NCBI GenBank assembly: GCA_021155985.1 | Contig: JAJNBA010000002.1 | Span: forward strand, 1,288 to 65,287 | Direction of reading: 5' to 3' | Source of the DNA: Actinomycetes bacterium | Lineage (GTDB): Bacteria > Actinomycetota > UBA4738 > HRBIN12 | Length of the DNA stretch: 64,000 nt | Shown: positions 1-9,259 of the stretch, one piece after another | Layout of the letters: each line of letters opens with the position of its first letter | How positions within the stretch are numbered: the first letter of the stretch is position 1 | Translations under genes and position numbers: made by a program | Notes under the pieces: model-generated | Seen by the model: only the letters and a program-made list of their open reading frames with translations | What the model was told of the DNA's origin: nothing | Databases searched by the model: none

Positions 1-781
1 AGAGTCGGCGCCCGGCCTCGTCGTCGATGCTCCCTTCCTGTTCGGCTTGATGCGTCTCGGGATCGACCTTGATCACGCCACCGAGGCCATTGTCCAACCA
101 GATCCCTTCTCTACCGATGGCGACCCCTCCGAGGCTCTCGGGGGGCAGAGGGACCACGTCGACGACTGTGTTCGACGCGGGATCGATGTGAGCGACGGCT
201 CCTCGCGCCGTGGAGACCCACACGCCGCCCTCGTTCGCATCCACATGCGTGGGAAGGAATTTCCAGTCGCTCCCCGGTTCCTCTCCGGGAAGGACGAGTG
301 GGATCGTCGCGACGACATCGGCGGTCTCGGGATCGAGTCGGAGGAGCGTCGCATCGGTAAAGCTTGCCAGCCAGATGCTTCCTGCCCCCGCCGTCAGGCC
401 CGTCGGAGATGTCACGGGGACCTCGGCTGTCACCTCACCGCGCACCGTGTCCACCTTCACGACGAACCCTCGGCACGCAGGGCCGTCGCACCCTGGGTCG
501 GTGGTGAGGGCCCACAGCGCATCTCCGTACACGATGGCCTGGAAGGGCTCGCCAGGCAGAGGGATCGAGGCGACATCGGCTGGGCCGGGCGGCGGTACCG
601 GCCTGAAGGCATATGCGAGGCCACCCACGATCGCAGCGGTGATGAGCACCGTCGCGAACGGCAGCGCGATCCGTCGGCGACGCCTCCGCCGGTCCAACCG
701 TCGATCCACTGCCGTTCGAGCTCCCGCCGAAGGAGTGATCGCTGAGAGCTCCCTGTCGAGACGCTCCTTCAACTCAGCCAT
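1..781 (-). CDS. membrane-anchored repeat (beta-propeller-like) protein, 3' end outside window; candidate anti-sigma/sensor partner of the ECF sigma
   Basis: Absent from the ORF track because it runs off the window. My translation from ATG 781..779 gives MAELKERLDRELSAITPS...RRRRRRIALPFATVLITAAIVGGLAYAF (one TM), followed by repeated units of the type 'IW/VW...l.rIDP.t..Vv..iPl'. Its start overlaps the sigma stop (ATGGCTGA). Confidence 0.55.
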   Translation of the reverse strand, partial: MAELKERLDRELSAITPSAGARTAVDRRLDRRRRRRRIALPFATVLITAAIVGGLAYAFRPVPPPGPADVASIPLPGEPFQAIVYGDALWALTTDPGCDGPACRGFVVKVDTVRGEVTAEVPVTSPTGLTAGAGSIWLASFTDATLLRLDPETADVVATIPLVLPGEEPGSDWKFLPTHVDANEGGVWVSTARGAVAHIDPASNTVVDVVPLPPESLGGVAIGREGIWLDNGLGGVIKVDPETHQAEQEGSIDDEAGRRL

Positions 782-1271
782 CTGTATCTGCCGCTCCTCC
801 CGCGAGGGACGTCTTCGCTCGGTGGACGCGGCTGCGTACCGACGACGGCGAGATGCCGAGGATCTGTCCCGCCTCTCGGGCGTCGAGACCCAGCCACTCG
901 ACGAGGAGGATTGCCTCCCGCTGTCCACGCGAGAGCGTCATGAGAGCGCCAATCACTGAAACGATCACCTCGGGCTCTGCGTCCGATGAGCGCTCGGACT
1001 CTCGGGACCATCGAAGGGGGCGTGCCAGCCGACGGAGCCGACTGCGATTCAGATTCACCGCTGTCCGGTACACGTAGCCGGCTGGTGACAACATGTCTCT
1101 CACTCGCTCCCAGCGTTCGAGAGCCCTTGTCATCGCCTCCTGGGCCAGTTCCTCCGCCTCCACCAGGTCCCCCGTCATCCCGAACATGAGTCGCAGCAGC
1201 GGCGTGTACTCCTCGTCGAAGAACGCATCGAAGTCCCGCACACCAACGGCGCTCGGGTCCTGTGTGATCAC
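774..1271 (-). CDS. ECF-type RNA polymerase sigma-70 family factor
   Basis: 165 aa. Region 2 reads ...LVEAEELAQEAMTRALERWERV. Region 4 HTH reads LSRGQREAILLVEWLGLDAREAGQILGISPSSVRSRVHRAK. Confidence 0.9.
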   Translation of the reverse strand: MITQDPSAVGVRDFDAFFDEEYTPLLRLMFGMTGDLVEAEELAQEAMTRALERWERVRDMLSPAGYVYRTAVNLNRSRLRRLARPLRWSRESERSSDAEPEVIVSVIGALMTLSRGQREAILLVEWLGLDAREAGQILGISPSSVRSRVHRAKTSLAGGAADTDG

Positions 1272-1419
1272 ACCGGATAGCTAACTCCCGTCAGCACCGG
1301 AACGTTGCATCGGGGAGACCGGCACTGAACGGAAGCTGGAGCTATGAGCTGGAGGCGAGCGCTGTGCGGCCGTGCCAGCAGCGACGATAGGCGGTCACAC
1401 CGCCGCTGACCTGCGGAAG

Positions 1420-1492
1420 CGCGCCGGGAGGGAGTCGAACCCCCAACCTTCTGATCCGTAGTCAGATGCTCTGTCCATTGAGCTACCGGCGC
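1420..1492 (-). tRNA. tRNA-Arg (anticodon ACG)
   Basis: Hand-folded cloverleaf: GCGCCGG/CCGGCGC acceptor, anticodon loop CTACGGA, T-loop TTCGACT, discriminator G. CCA is not encoded. Confidence 0.9.
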
Positions 1493-1605
1493 CGGGAAAC
1501 GGAAGTCTAGCAGCGCTGTAATCTGGCTTTCTCGGCCGGATCTCCTGGCTGACGAGCGAGCGTCCAGCACCCATCATCTACCGGGCGAGAGGTGCGGGGA
1601 GCTAG

Positions 1606-2970
1606 ATGGGTGACAGCGAGACATCGACAGACGAGCGTTTGCTGACCAGGTGGCGACTACGCCTGCAGCGGTTGCGGCTGCGGTTCAGCGATCCGGCCCT
1701 CGAGGCGGCCTTCCAAGCCGAGCGCTACCGCCACAATCTCGCCAACATCCGATTCGCCTTCGTTGCCGGCGTGGCGCTCTGGGTCGTATGGGGCCTGCTC
1801 GTGCGCCCCTACATGTTCGTCCTGGCCGACCTGAGACTCGACGCGGTCATGCGGTTCGGCGTGTTCATCCCCATGTTGGTCGTCGGCTTCGTGCTGACGT
1901 TCACAGGGCTCTTCGACCGGATCTGGGAGTGGGTGTCGGTCGCGATCGCGACGGCGACGCTCCTGCTTTGGGTCTTCTACGTCTCGAATGTGTTGACGCT
2001 GCCATTGGAGTACGGATACGTCGGAATCATCCTGATCACCGCGTTCACCTACACGTTGCTACGACTCCGGTTCGTCCTCGTGGCATTGATCACTCTGGTC
2101 GGCATAGCCGCGTACCTGACGTACGCTTTCGGGGCGCCATCTATCTTCGACGTCAGCAAGACCCTGGCCGTGCTCTACCTGGTCTCGTTCGGCTTCCTCG
2201 GCATGGTCGCCACGTATCGGATGGAACGGTTCACACGTGATCTTTTCTTGCGCGAACGCCAGCTCGACGAGGAACGATCGCGGTCCGACGTTCTCTTGCT
2301 CAACACGTTCCCCGAAGCCATCGTCGAGCAGCTCAAGTCCGGATCCATGGGGCGGATCGCCCAGCGCTTCGATGAAGTCAGCGTGGTGTTCGTCGACGCG
2401 GTCGGATCGACGGAGCAGGCTGCACGCTCGTCACCGGAGGCCTTCGCCGATGCCCTCGACGATCTGTTCCGGCGCTTCGATCGACTCGTCGAACAGCATG
2501 GTCTCGAGAAGGTCAAGACGATCGGAGACGCGTACGTAGCCGTCGCCGGCGCGCCGATCCCGGTCGCCGATCACACGCAGGCGTCCGTCGCGATGGCGCT
2601 GGACGTGCTGGCCGAATCTGAGGAGACGCGGTGGCCCTCGGGCGACCCGATCGTCGTCCGCGTCGGGGTCGCGACCGGACCCGCGGTGGCCGGGGTGATC
2701 GGCGACCTTCGCTTCGCCTACGACCTGTGGGGTGACACCGTGAACCTCGCGAACAGGCTCGAGGGGCAGGCGCCGCCCGGCAGGGTGTTGGTGTCCGAAT
2801 CGACGGCCACGGCACTGATCGATCGGTTCGAGTTCGGCCCGCCCGAGACGCTCGATCTGAAGGGGAAGGGACCCACGACCGTCCGTGTCCTCCTCGGGGA
2901 GAGATCGGACGGCCCGGTCGGAGCGAGGCCACTCGAGGTCGAACGACGGATACGAGGAAGCTCGCGGTGA
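1606..2970 (+). CDS. membrane-bound class III adenylate/guanylate cyclase (about 6 TM N-terminus plus cyclase domain)
   Basis: Six hydrophobic helices in the first ~210 aa. The cyclase domain shows VSVVFVDAVGST...KTIGDAYVAVAG...YDLWGDTVNLANRLEG. Confidence 0.85.
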   Translation: MGDSETSTDERLLTRWRLRLQRLRLRFSDPALEAAFQAERYRHNLANIRFAFVAGVALWVVWGLLVRPYMFVLADLRLDAVMRFGVFIPMLVVGFVLTFTGLFDRIWEWVSVAIATATLLLWVFYVSNVLTLPLEYGYVGIILITAFTYTLLRLRFVLVALITLVGIAAYLTYAFGAPSIFDVSKTLAVLYLVSFGFLGMVATYRMERFTRDLFLRERQLDEERSRSDVLLLNTFPEAIVEQLKSGSMGRIAQRFDEVSVVFVDAVGSTEQAARSSPEAFADALDDLFRRFDRLVEQHGLEKVKTIGDAYVAVAGAPIPVADHTQASVAMALDVLAESEETRWPSGDPIVVRVGVATGPAVAGVIGDLRFAYDLWGDTVNLANRLEGQAPPGRVLVSESTATALIDRFEFGPPETLDLKGKGPTTVRVLLGERSDGPVGARPLEVERRIRGSSR

Positions 2971-3890
2971 GCCGCTTGCGACGGCGCGTCCTTGGCGCAA
3001 CAGCCATGCTGGTCGTGTGTGCCCTCGCGGCGGCATGCACCGCCGTAGAGGTCGGCCGGCGGCTGGATCCGGGCGAGGAGGGCATGATCGGCGTCGGCGT
3101 CTCGGGCGCCTTCGCCGAGAACCAGATCGTCGCGGAGATGTACGCGCAGGTGTTGGAGAACGCCGGCTACGAGGTGGAGCGACACATGGACCTGCGGTCC
3201 CGGGAGACGTCGCAGAGTGCCTTGGAGGCGGGCCAGATCGACGTGAAGCCGGAGTACCTGTCGTCGCTCCTCCTGTTCCTCGACCCGGACGCGGAGGCGT
3301 CCGCCGACGCCGTCGACATGGCCCGGCTCAACGCCCGGCTGCTCCGTCCGCGAGGGATCACGCTGCTCGCACCGTCGCCGGCCGAGGACACCAACCAGTT
3401 CGTGGCGAATGCGAAGACGGCCGAACAGTTCGACCTGACCACGATGAGCTCGCTGATCCCGGTCGCCGATCAGCTCACGCTGGGCGGGCCGCCGGAATGC
3501 CCGGTGCGGCCGTTCTGCCTCCCGGGATTGAGCCGGGTCTACGGGCTCGTCTTCAACGACTTCACGCCGCTCGACGCGGGAGGGCCACTGACCGTCGACG
3601 CGCTGCGGCGCGACGAGGTGCAGGTCGGGCTGCTGTTCTCGACGGACCCGAGCATCGAACAACACGGGCTCGTCCCACTCGTCGATGACAGGCGCCTCCA
3701 GGACGCGGAGAACATCACGCCGGTGATCCGTTCCGAGAAGCTGAACGACGAGATTCGACGGTTGCTCGACGCCGTGAGCGCACGACTCACGTCGCATGAG
3801 CTGACCGACCTCGTGGGGCAAGTCCTGATCGACGGGCAGGATGTGGTCACCGTCGCCACCGGATTCCTGACGCAGCACGACCTCCTGTGA
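2967..3890 (+). CDS. glycine betaine/osmoprotectant-type ABC substrate-binding lipoprotein (OpuAC-like), orphan
   Basis: GTG start overlaps the cyclase stop (GTGA). Lipobox-like signal ...VVCALAAAC. OpuC/OsmX-like block IGVGVSGAFAENQIVAEMYAQVLENAGYEVERHMDLRSRETSQSALEAGQIDVKPEY. Confidence 0.8.
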   Translation: MSRLRRRVLGATAMLVVCALAAACTAVEVGRRLDPGEEGMIGVGVSGAFAENQIVAEMYAQVLENAGYEVERHMDLRSRETSQSALEAGQIDVKPEYLSSLLLFLDPDAEASADAVDMARLNARLLRPRGITLLAPSPAEDTNQFVANAKTAEQFDLTTMSSLIPVADQLTLGGPPECPVRPFCLPGLSRVYGLVFNDFTPLDAGGPLTVDALRRDEVQVGLLFSTDPSIEQHGLVPLVDDRRLQDAENITPVIRSEKLNDEIRRLLDAVSARLTSHELTDLVGQVLIDGQDVVTVATGFLTQHDLL

Positions 3891-3937
3891 CACCCCGATC
3901 GGGCCCGCAGCTCAGTCCCCTGACGAGAGACGATCGG

Positions 3938-4026
3938 CGGAGACGGGAGGATTCGAACCTCCGAGGGAGTGTTACCCCCCTAACCGCTTAGCAGGCGGCT
4001 GCTTTCGGCCACTCAGCCACGTCTCC
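3938..4026 (-). tRNA. tRNA-Ser (anticodon GCT)
   Basis: 89 nt with a long variable arm. Acceptor GGAGACG/CGTCTCC, anticodon loop CTGCTAA, T-arm GGAGGTTCGAATCCTCC. Confidence 0.9.
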
Positions 4027-4084
4027 GCGACCGAGTCTATCGAGGACCCGGCTCCCGCCGGTCGGGGGTAGGCTCCTCCGCGGC

Positions 4085-5254
4085 ATGCCGGACGTCGTCG
4101 TCGTAGGCGGGGGGATCGTGGGTGCTGCGTGCGCATACGAGCTGGCGCGTGCCGGCGCGTCCGTCACGCTCCTCGAGCGGGAGGAGCTGGCCGCAGGCGC
4201 CTCGGGCCGCAACAACGGCCTGTGGGTCACCCCCACCGATCCACAGCTGCTCCCGATGGCGCGCGTGGGCCTCAGGCGCTACCTCGATCTCGTCGACGAC
4301 AGCCCGGTCCCGTACCGGCTCGACCGAGATCCGATCGGGCTGCTCGCGGTCGCCCTCGACGAGAACGAGATGACCCTCGGAGCGCGGGCCCACGATCCCT
4401 ACCGCGCGGCTGCCGTGGAGGTGGAGGAGCTCGGGCCGGAGGACGTCCTCCGCTTCGAACCCGCGCTCTCACCTGAGGTCCTCGGCGGCTGGCTCGTCCA
4501 CCACGGCCACCGGCTCGCCCCGGCGGCTCTCACGGTCGCGCTCGCGTTGATGGCGGCCGATCGAGGAGCGACGATCCGACATCATCTTCCGGCGCGGGCG
4601 CTGATCGAGCGCGCGGGGCGCCTGGTCGGGCTCGTCACGGACGAGGGCCGGATCGACGCCGACGAGGTGGTCGTCGCCACCGGCCCGTGGGCCCACGCGC
4701 TGCTTGATCCCGTTGGTCATCGGTTGCCGATCGCGGGAGCCCGCGGTTGGCTCGTCCGGCTCGACGCGGGTCCCGTCCCGCTGCACCGCCTCGTGGCCTC
4801 GGCAGGGTGGGAGCTGGCGACCGGGCGATGGGAGGACGGCGCCGTCCGTGCCGGCTCCCTGGAGGACGTGTCCGCGGCGACCTCGACGCTCCTGCATCCG
4901 ACGACCGACGGATCACTGATCGCGGGTTCGTCCCGGCAGCCGGTGCTCACACCCGAGGCCGAGGAGCCCGGCGTTCCCGCGATGATCGTCCGTGGCGCGA
5001 TCCGGCTCGTTCCGTCCCTCGCGGAGGCGCACGTGCGGTCGGGGTGGTGGGGGATCAGGCCGATGACCCCGGACGAGCGTCCGTTCGTCGGCAGGCTCTC
5101 CGACGGTCTGTCCGTCGCCGCGGGGCACGGCTCGGAGGGCGTGATCCTCGGCGCCGGCACCGGGCAGCTGATCGCATCCCTGCTGCTCGGCCACGACCTC
5201 CCGTTCGACCCGGCGCCGTTCGACCCTGGTCGTCTCGGGATCGTCGCTGGGTAG
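4085..5254 (+). CDS. FAD-dependent oxidoreductase (DAO / glycine oxidase-like family)
   Basis: N-terminal dinucleotide fold MPDVVVVGGGIVGAACAYELARAGASVTLLERE. C-terminal GHGSEGVILGAGTG, typical of the DAO family. Confidence 0.8.
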   Translation: MPDVVVVGGGIVGAACAYELARAGASVTLLEREELAAGASGRNNGLWVTPTDPQLLPMARVGLRRYLDLVDDSPVPYRLDRDPIGLLAVALDENEMTLGARAHDPYRAAAVEVEELGPEDVLRFEPALSPEVLGGWLVHHGHRLAPAALTVALALMAADRGATIRHHLPARALIERAGRLVGLVTDEGRIDADEVVVATGPWAHALLDPVGHRLPIAGARGWLVRLDAGPVPLHRLVASAGWELATGRWEDGAVRAGSLEDVSAATSTLLHPTTDGSLIAGSSRQPVLTPEAEEPGVPAMIVRGAIRLVPSLAEAHVRSGWWGIRPMTPDERPFVGRLSDGLSVAAGHGSEGVILGAGTGQLIASLLLGHDLPFDPAPFDPGRLGIVAG

Positions 5255-5266
5255 GATTCCCCGGTC

Positions 5267-6535
5267 ATGGCCGTCCTCGCCCTCGGGATCTCGTTCCGGC
5301 GTGCACCGATCGACCTGCTCGAGCGGCTCGCGTTCGCCGACGATGACCTGGTGAAGGCGTACCGGCGCGTCCAGGACGTGGGCGACGTTGAGGAGGCGGT
5401 GGTCCTGTCCACGTGCAACCGCGTCGAGATCTACGGGGCCGTCCCGAGCTACCACGCGGGTTTCCTGACGCTGAAGCGACTGCTCGCGGAGACGCGAGGG
5501 GTCGCGGAGTCGGACATCGCGGACGGCCTCTACGCGCACTGGGAACGTGACGCCGTCGAGCACCTGTTCTCGGTCGCCGGGGGACTCGATTCGATGGTGC
5601 TCGGCGAGACGCAGATCCAGAGCCAGGTCCGGGAGGCGCTGCGCATCGCCGAAGGCGAAGGCGCGGCGGGCTCCCGGATGCAGGCCCTGTTCCACGCGGC
5701 CTCGCGGGCGGGGCGACGGATCCGTCAGGAGACGGCGCTCGGGGCCGCGCCCGACGCGTTCGTCGAGCGGGCGGCCGCGCTCGCCGAGGACGTGCTCGGC
5801 GACCTGTCCGGCCGATCGGTCGTGGTGATCGGCGCGGGCACGATGGCCTCGCTCGCCGTGAAGCATCTCCGCCGCCGGGGCGTGGGATCGATCCGGATCC
5901 TGAACCGTTCGCAGCCGCACGCCCGCTCGTTGGCCGGGCGATACGAGGCGGAGCCCGGTGACCTCGAGGCGCTCCCGGACGCGGTGTCGGGGGCGGACCT
6001 CCTCGTCTCTGCGACCGGAGCGACGGGCGTCGTAGTGTCTGCCGAACTGGTGCGCGCGGCACGGACGCAGGACGCGTCGCCGGTCGTCCTGCTCGACCTG
6101 GCCGTACCACGCGACGTCGAGCCGGACGCGGGCGGCCTTCCCGGTGTGACCCTGTTCGACGTCCGTGCGTTGCGCGACCGCGGCTCCGCGGAGGAGGACG
6201 AGGCGATCGCCCGCGCACGCGAGATCGTCGCCGAGGAGGTGCGCCGGTTCGTGGTGCGTCGCCGCGGCGACGAGCTCTCGCCCGTGAGCCGCGCGATCCG
6301 TCGCCGCGGCGACGCGGTCCTGGAGAGCGAGCTCGCGCGACACGCCAGCCGTCTCGCCGACCTCACCCCCGACGAGATCGCGGCGGTCGAAGCACTGGCG
6401 CGAGGGATCGTCGCGAAGCTGCTCCATGACCCGATCGTCGCCCTGAAGGAGCGGTCGGAGCCGGGCTCGGGCGGGGCGCACGCCGCGCTGCTCGCCGAGT
6501 TGCTCGACCTCGACCCGTCCCTCCTCGAGGAGTGA
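5267..6535 (+). CDS. hemA: glutamyl-tRNA reductase
   Basis: MAVLALGISFRRAPIDLLERLAF...VLSTCNRVEIYG...GLDSMVLGETQI and an NAD fold VVVIGAGTMA. Confidence 0.93.
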   Translation: MAVLALGISFRRAPIDLLERLAFADDDLVKAYRRVQDVGDVEEAVVLSTCNRVEIYGAVPSYHAGFLTLKRLLAETRGVAESDIADGLYAHWERDAVEHLFSVAGGLDSMVLGETQIQSQVREALRIAEGEGAAGSRMQALFHAASRAGRRIRQETALGAAPDAFVERAAALAEDVLGDLSGRSVVVIGAGTMASLAVKHLRRRGVGSIRILNRSQPHARSLAGRYEAEPGDLEALPDAVSGADLLVSATGATGVVVSAELVRAARTQDASPVVLLDLAVPRDVEPDAGGLPGVTLFDVRALRDRGSAEEDEAIARAREIVAEEVRRFVVRRRGDELSPVSRAIRRRGDAVLESELARHASRLADLTPDEIAAVEALARGIVAKLLHDPIVALKERSEPGSGGAHAALLAELLDLDPSLLEE

Positions 6536-7437
6536 CCACCCTCCGGATCGCGACGCGGCGCTCCGCCCTCGCGCTGGCGCAGGCGGAGGAGGTGGCGGCG
6601 CTGCTCTCGACGAACGCCTTCCGTTCGGAGATCGTCCCGATGTCGACGTCCGGCGACGAAGGGGTCGCATCCACGGAGTCGCCGTCCGGGATGAAGGGGC
6701 TCTGGGTCGACCGGATCCTGGAGGCGCTCCGCACTGGCGAGGTGGACGTCGCGGTCCATTCCGCGAAGGACCTCCCTGCCGGAGACGAGGAAGACATCGT
6801 GATCGCCGCCGTCCCGAAGCGCGCCGACCCGCTCGACGTCCTCATCGGCCGCGAGGCGACGCTGCCGCCGGGGCTCGTGGTGGGCACCTCCAGCGTCCGG
6901 CGTCGCGCCCAGCTGCTCGCCGGCTTCCCCGGCATGGGCGTGACCGAGATCCGCGGGAACGTGGACACCCGGCTCCGGAAGCTCGCCGACGGCGAGGTCG
7001 ACGGGCTCGTGCTCGCGGCCGCAGGCCTCGCGCGCCTCGGCATCGATCCCCCGCATTCCCGGCGCCTGCGGATGGACGAGATGGTGCCCGCACCGGGTCA
7101 GGGCTGCCTCGCGGTCCAGGCCCGCGCCGAGGACAGGACCACCAGGGCCGTGGTCTCCGTGCTCGATCATCTGCCGTCCCGGCGCGCGCTCGAGGCCGAG
7201 CGCACCCTCGTCCAGCTCCTGGGCGGCGGCTGCGACCTCCCGCTCGGCGCGCTCGCCGCGACGAAGGGGGACCGGATCCGCATGGTCGGGCTCGTCGCCA
7301 CGGCCGACGGCGCCAAGGTGCTCCGGACGGCCGTGGAGAGCGACGACCCCGCGGTGGCCGCGTCCATGTTGGCCCAACGATTGCGCGCGGACGGCGCGGA
7401 CCGGATCCTGGCGGAGGTGCAGGGGACGGCGGAGTGA
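6532..7437 (+). CDS. hemC: hydroxymethylbilane synthase (porphobilinogen deaminase)
   Basis: LRIATRRSALALAQAE...VHSAKDLP...GTSSVRRRAQL...RGNVDTRLRKL. GTGA overlap with hemA. Confidence 0.93.
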   Translation: MTTLRIATRRSALALAQAEEVAALLSTNAFRSEIVPMSTSGDEGVASTESPSGMKGLWVDRILEALRTGEVDVAVHSAKDLPAGDEEDIVIAAVPKRADPLDVLIGREATLPPGLVVGTSSVRRRAQLLAGFPGMGVTEIRGNVDTRLRKLADGEVDGLVLAAAGLARLGIDPPHSRRLRMDEMVPAPGQGCLAVQARAEDRTTRAVVSVLDHLPSRRALEAERTLVQLLGGGCDLPLGALAATKGDRIRMVGLVATADGAKVLRTAVESDDPAVAASMLAQRLRADGADRILAEVQGTAE

Positions 7438-8183
7438 AGCGGACCCTCGCCGGGCGGACGATCGTCGTCACGCGCCCGGTCGAGCAGGCGGAGCCGCTGG
7501 TGCGGGAGCTGGAGCGCCGCGGAGCTCGCGTCCTGGTGGCGCCCACGATCCGGATCGTCCCCGCGCGCTCCGCGGCACTCACCACGGCGCTGAAGGACCT
7601 CGCCGGCGGCCGGTTCGACTGGATCACGCTGACGAGCCGGGCGACCGTCGACGTGTTGCGCGATCGTCTCGAGTCTCCGCGCGACGTCCGCGCGAAGGTG
7701 GCGGTGATCGGCGAGGGCACGGCGGCGGCCTTCCGCCGATGGACCCGGCGCGACGCCGACCTGCAGCCCGCGACGTTCACGACCGCGGCTCTCGCACGCG
7801 CGTTCCCGCGAGGGACGGGTCGCGTGCTCTGCGCCCGCGCCGATATCGCGCCGGAGGGACTCGAGGCCGCGCTGGCGGGGAAGGGATGGGAGCCCGAACG
7901 CGTGGACGCCTACCGGACGGTGTTCGCGCGATCGCTTCCGCGGGAGGCGCACGACGCGCTCCGCGCCGGCGAGGTCGACGCCGTGACGTTCACGAGCGCA
8001 TCGACCGTCCGAGGCTTCGTCAACGCACTCAGCGCCGCGCAGGGACCGCCGAGGGTCATCTGTATCGGTCCTGTCACCGCGGCAGCCGCCCGCGACACCG
8101 GACTCCGACCGGCCACCGTCGCCCGGCCGCACACCGTAGGTGGACTCGTCGAAGCCGTGGAGCGCGCTCTCGGGCGACGCTAG
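7434..8183 (+). CDS. hemD: uroporphyrinogen-III synthase
   Basis: LAGRTIVVTRPVEQAEPLVRELERRGARVLVAPTI...WITLTSRATV...VTFTSASTV. GTGA overlap with hemC. Confidence 0.85.
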   Translation: MKRTLAGRTIVVTRPVEQAEPLVRELERRGARVLVAPTIRIVPARSAALTTALKDLAGGRFDWITLTSRATVDVLRDRLESPRDVRAKVAVIGEGTAAAFRRWTRRDADLQPATFTTAALARAFPRGTGRVLCARADIAPEGLEAALAGKGWEPERVDAYRTVFARSLPREAHDALRAGEVDAVTFTSASTVRGFVNALSAAQGPPRVICIGPVTAAAARDTGLRPATVARPHTVGGLVEAVERALGRR

Positions 8184-8268
8184 ACCCAGATCTCGCGCAG
8201 CGCCCGGAGCGGTTGCAGACGACGACCTTCGCGATCTCCGTCGTCTCGGCCGCGGTACGCTCTGGCCC

Positions 8269-9249
8269 GTGAGCTTCCCTGATTCACGTCCACGACGCAT
8301 GCGCCGGACCCCCGCGCTCCGTTCGCTGATCCGCGAGACCGATGTGCGGCCGGGCGACCTGATCGCGCCCCTCTTCGTCAAGGAAGAGCTCACCGAGCCC
8401 GCGCCGATCACGTCGATGCCCGGCCAGTCGCAACACACGATCGAGTCGCTCCGCAAGGAGGCCGTCGAGATCGCGGAACGCGGTGTGCGCGCGTTCATCC
8501 TCTTCGCGGTACCGGCACGGAAGGACCGGGAGGGGTCGGAGGCCTGGAACCCCGAAGGGATCGGTCAGCACGCGATCGCGGCGCTCCGGTCCGAGTTCGG
8601 CGACGAGGCCGTGGTGATCGGGGATCTATGCCTCGACGAGTACACCGACCACGGGCACTGCGGCGTCCTCAACGACCTCGATGAGGTGGACAACGACGCG
8701 ACGGTGGAGCTCTACCAGCGGATCGCGCTCGCGCAGGCCGACGCCGGCGCCCACCTCGTCGGCCCCAGCGGGATGATGGACGGGCAGGTCGCCGCGATCC
8801 GTACGGCGCTCGATGCCGGTGGCCGACAGGACGTGGGGATCCTCGCGTACGCCGCGAAGTTCGCCTCCGCGCTGTACGGGCCGTTCCGGGAGGCGGCCGA
8901 GGGAGCGCCTCGCTTCGGCGACCGCACGGGTTACCAGCAAGACCCCGCGAACCTCGACGAAGCGCTCCGGGAGATCCGCACGGATATCGACGAGGGCGCG
9001 GACATCGTGATGGTGAAGCCGGCGCTGCCGTACCTGGACGTGATCCGACGGGCGAAGGACGAGACACGGTTCCCGATGGCCGCCTACCACGTGAGCGGCG
9101 AGTACGCGATGGTGAAGGCGGCCGCGCAGAACGGCTGGCTCGACGAGCGCCGCGTGGTGCTCGAGCTCCTTACGTCGATCCGGCGCGCCGGCGCGGCCAT
9201 GATCCTCACGTACCACGCCAAGGACGCCGCGGACTGGCTCCACGGCTGA
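8269..9249 (+). CDS. hemB: porphobilinogen synthase (ALA dehydratase)
   Basis: I chose an in-frame GTG at 8269, giving VSFPDSRPRRMRRTPALRSLIRET..., a typical HemB N-terminus of ~326 aa. Also ...MVKPALPYLDVI...AYHVSGEYAM. The track ORF start at 8140 would overlap hemD. Confidence 0.9.
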   Translation: MSFPDSRPRRMRRTPALRSLIRETDVRPGDLIAPLFVKEELTEPAPITSMPGQSQHTIESLRKEAVEIAERGVRAFILFAVPARKDREGSEAWNPEGIGQHAIAALRSEFGDEAVVIGDLCLDEYTDHGHCGVLNDLDEVDNDATVELYQRIALAQADAGAHLVGPSGMMDGQVAAIRTALDAGGRQDVGILAYAAKFASALYGPFREAAEGAPRFGDRTGYQQDPANLDEALREIRTDIDEGADIVMVKPALPYLDVIRRAKDETRFPMAAYHVSGEYAMVKAAAQNGWLDERRVVLELLTSIRRAGAAMILTYHAKDAADWLHG

Positions 9250-9259
9250 GCGGCCACAC

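Noticed and set aside
1272-1419. ECF-type promoter (GGAAC ... CGT) upstream of the sigma gene.
   Set aside because: The only GGAAC-like match I found is on the wrong strand for the sigma gene. I cannot support any promoter call in this high-GC DNA by eye.
4913-7780. Long - strand ORFs (4913..6670, 5725..7377, 6842..7780 and others) opposite hemA, hemC and hemD.
   Set aside because: Antisense to conserved heme genes. Their composition is R/P/G/A-rich and they lack RBS or domain signatures.
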